6,863 nt of DNA from a virus. Taxonomy: Duplodnaviria > Heunggongvirae > Uroviricota > Caudoviricetes. The stretch lies in the IMG/VR virus record IMGVR_UViG_2740892230_000020. One strand, 5' to 3'. Position 1 is the stretch's first letter. Each line of letters starts with the position of its first letter. The notes beneath the pieces were generated by a model. That model saw nothing but the letters and a program-made list of their open reading frames with translations. It ran no database searches and was not told the origin of the DNA. A program made the position numbers and the translations under genes. Of this stretch, positions 6,527 to 6,863 are shown in pieces.

Positions 6527-6771
6527 ATTTTTTCTCTGCGTGAGAGGGGGGGCGGTGTCCGGAGCGATCGTTTTTTACGCCGAATGATACCCCCCCGGTC
6601 GGGTTACAGTCCGATGATGTCGTCCGCTCTGCCACTACCTCCGGACACCTCCGGCAGCGTCGGGTCCGGCATACCACTCGCCGTTTCACTGACTGACTTC
6701 TGGCGATGGCATTCGGTACAGAGCGTCCAGAGATTCGTCTCCTCATTACCACCACCGAACTGAAGTGCAAT
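6527..6771. repeat. Right arm of the inverted repeat (partner of 1..248)
   Basis: See left arm. Homology presumably continues beyond 6771 into the rest of HNH, but the left copy is cut by the window start. Confidence 0.8.
6546..6596. other. G7...C7 homopolymer dyad immediately 3' of HNH (candidate cos nicking region)
   Basis: A G7 run (6546..6552) and a C7 run (6590..6596) flank a ~37-bp spacer, directly downstream of the HNH stop at 6604. The same arrangement recurs in the inverted copy at 177..229 with a 9-nt run. Its position between HNH and terS is where cos lies in HK97-like phages. Confidence 0.3.
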
Positions 6772-6863
6772 GCGGTGATCGAGTTCACTGTCACAAAGGT
6801 CAACCACACGCCCACAGAGACAGCACTGTCCGGCATCCCTCAGCCAGATACGACGCTTGAGGG
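6604..6863 (-). CDS. HNH endonuclease (5' partial; start beyond window end)
   Basis: The minus-strand frame is open from the window edge: LKRRIWLRDAGQCCLCGRVVDLCDSELDHRIALQFGGGNEETNLWTLCTECHRQKSVSETASGMPDPTLPEVSGGSGRADDIIGL, with stop at 6604. It shows the full HNH zinc-finger signature (C-x2-C...DH...N...C-x2-C-H). The ORF-track entry 6604..6807 is the same frame started at an internal GTG. Confidence 0.85.
   Translation of the reverse strand, partial: LKRRIWLRDAGQCCLCGRVVDLCDSELDHRIALQFGGGNEETNLWTLCTECHRQKSVSETASGMPDPTLPEVSGGSGRADDIIGL

Noticed and set aside
6561-6580. Possible plus-strand terminator (ccggagcgatcg followed by tttttt) downstream of HNH
   Set aside because: The only self-complementary elements are short palindromes (tccgga, cgatcg) that cannot form a stable stem-loop. 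On the HNH coding strand the tract is A-rich, not U-rich.
6316-6603. Sigma-70 promoter for the packaging operon
   Set aside because: TTAACA/TTAACT hexamers resemble a -35 box, but I found no acceptable -10 hexamer at 16-18 bp spacing on the minus strand. I left this as unlocated and did not annotate a promoter.
6507-6836. 109-aa minus-strand ORF (MPDSAVSVGVW...) and plus ORF 2..376
   Set aside because: Both are alternative-frame read-throughs of the HNH copies and the G/C-tract flank. 2..376 also crosses the N gap. The HNH frames with the zinc-finger signature are the real reading frames.
1-6863. CRISPR array, tRNA/rRNA genes, insertion-sequence ends, integrase, or toxin-antitoxin and other defence cassettes
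   Set aside because: No regularly spaced direct repeats with unique spacers and no cloverleaf-like or rRNA-like segments were seen. Every long ORF is accounted for by packaging or head functions. The only repeats are the inverted HNH arms and the GTTAAC palindromes.

Overview
The window is a compact DNA-packaging and head-morphogenesis module of an HK97-like, cos-type tailed phage or phage-derived element, encoded almost entirely on the minus strand. Reading 5'->3' on that strand: HNH endonuclease (6863->6604, start beyond the window), a ~290-bp non-coding region with cos-like architecture, small terminase (6315->5752), large terminase (5755->4094), a hairpin plus U-tract, a prohead protease / major capsid protein fusion (4030->2093), portal protein (1881->517), and a small ORF (520->259) that runs into a 10-N assembly gap (249..258). 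Left of the gap, 1..248 is an inverted, diverged second copy of the HNH 3' end and its flank. Functional calls rest on motifs I recognise in the translations, not on database searches. Codon usage (CTG-rich leucine, CGT/CGC arginine) looks enterobacterial. I see no tRNA, rRNA, CRISPR array, integrase, tail genes or recognisable defence genes, and no evidence for an undescribed system. The features most worth a second look are the GTTAAC palindrome array and G/C-tract dyad between HNH and terS, the inverted HNH duplication at the window ends, the terminase -> capsid fusion -> portal gene order, and the hairpin between terL and the capsid gene.
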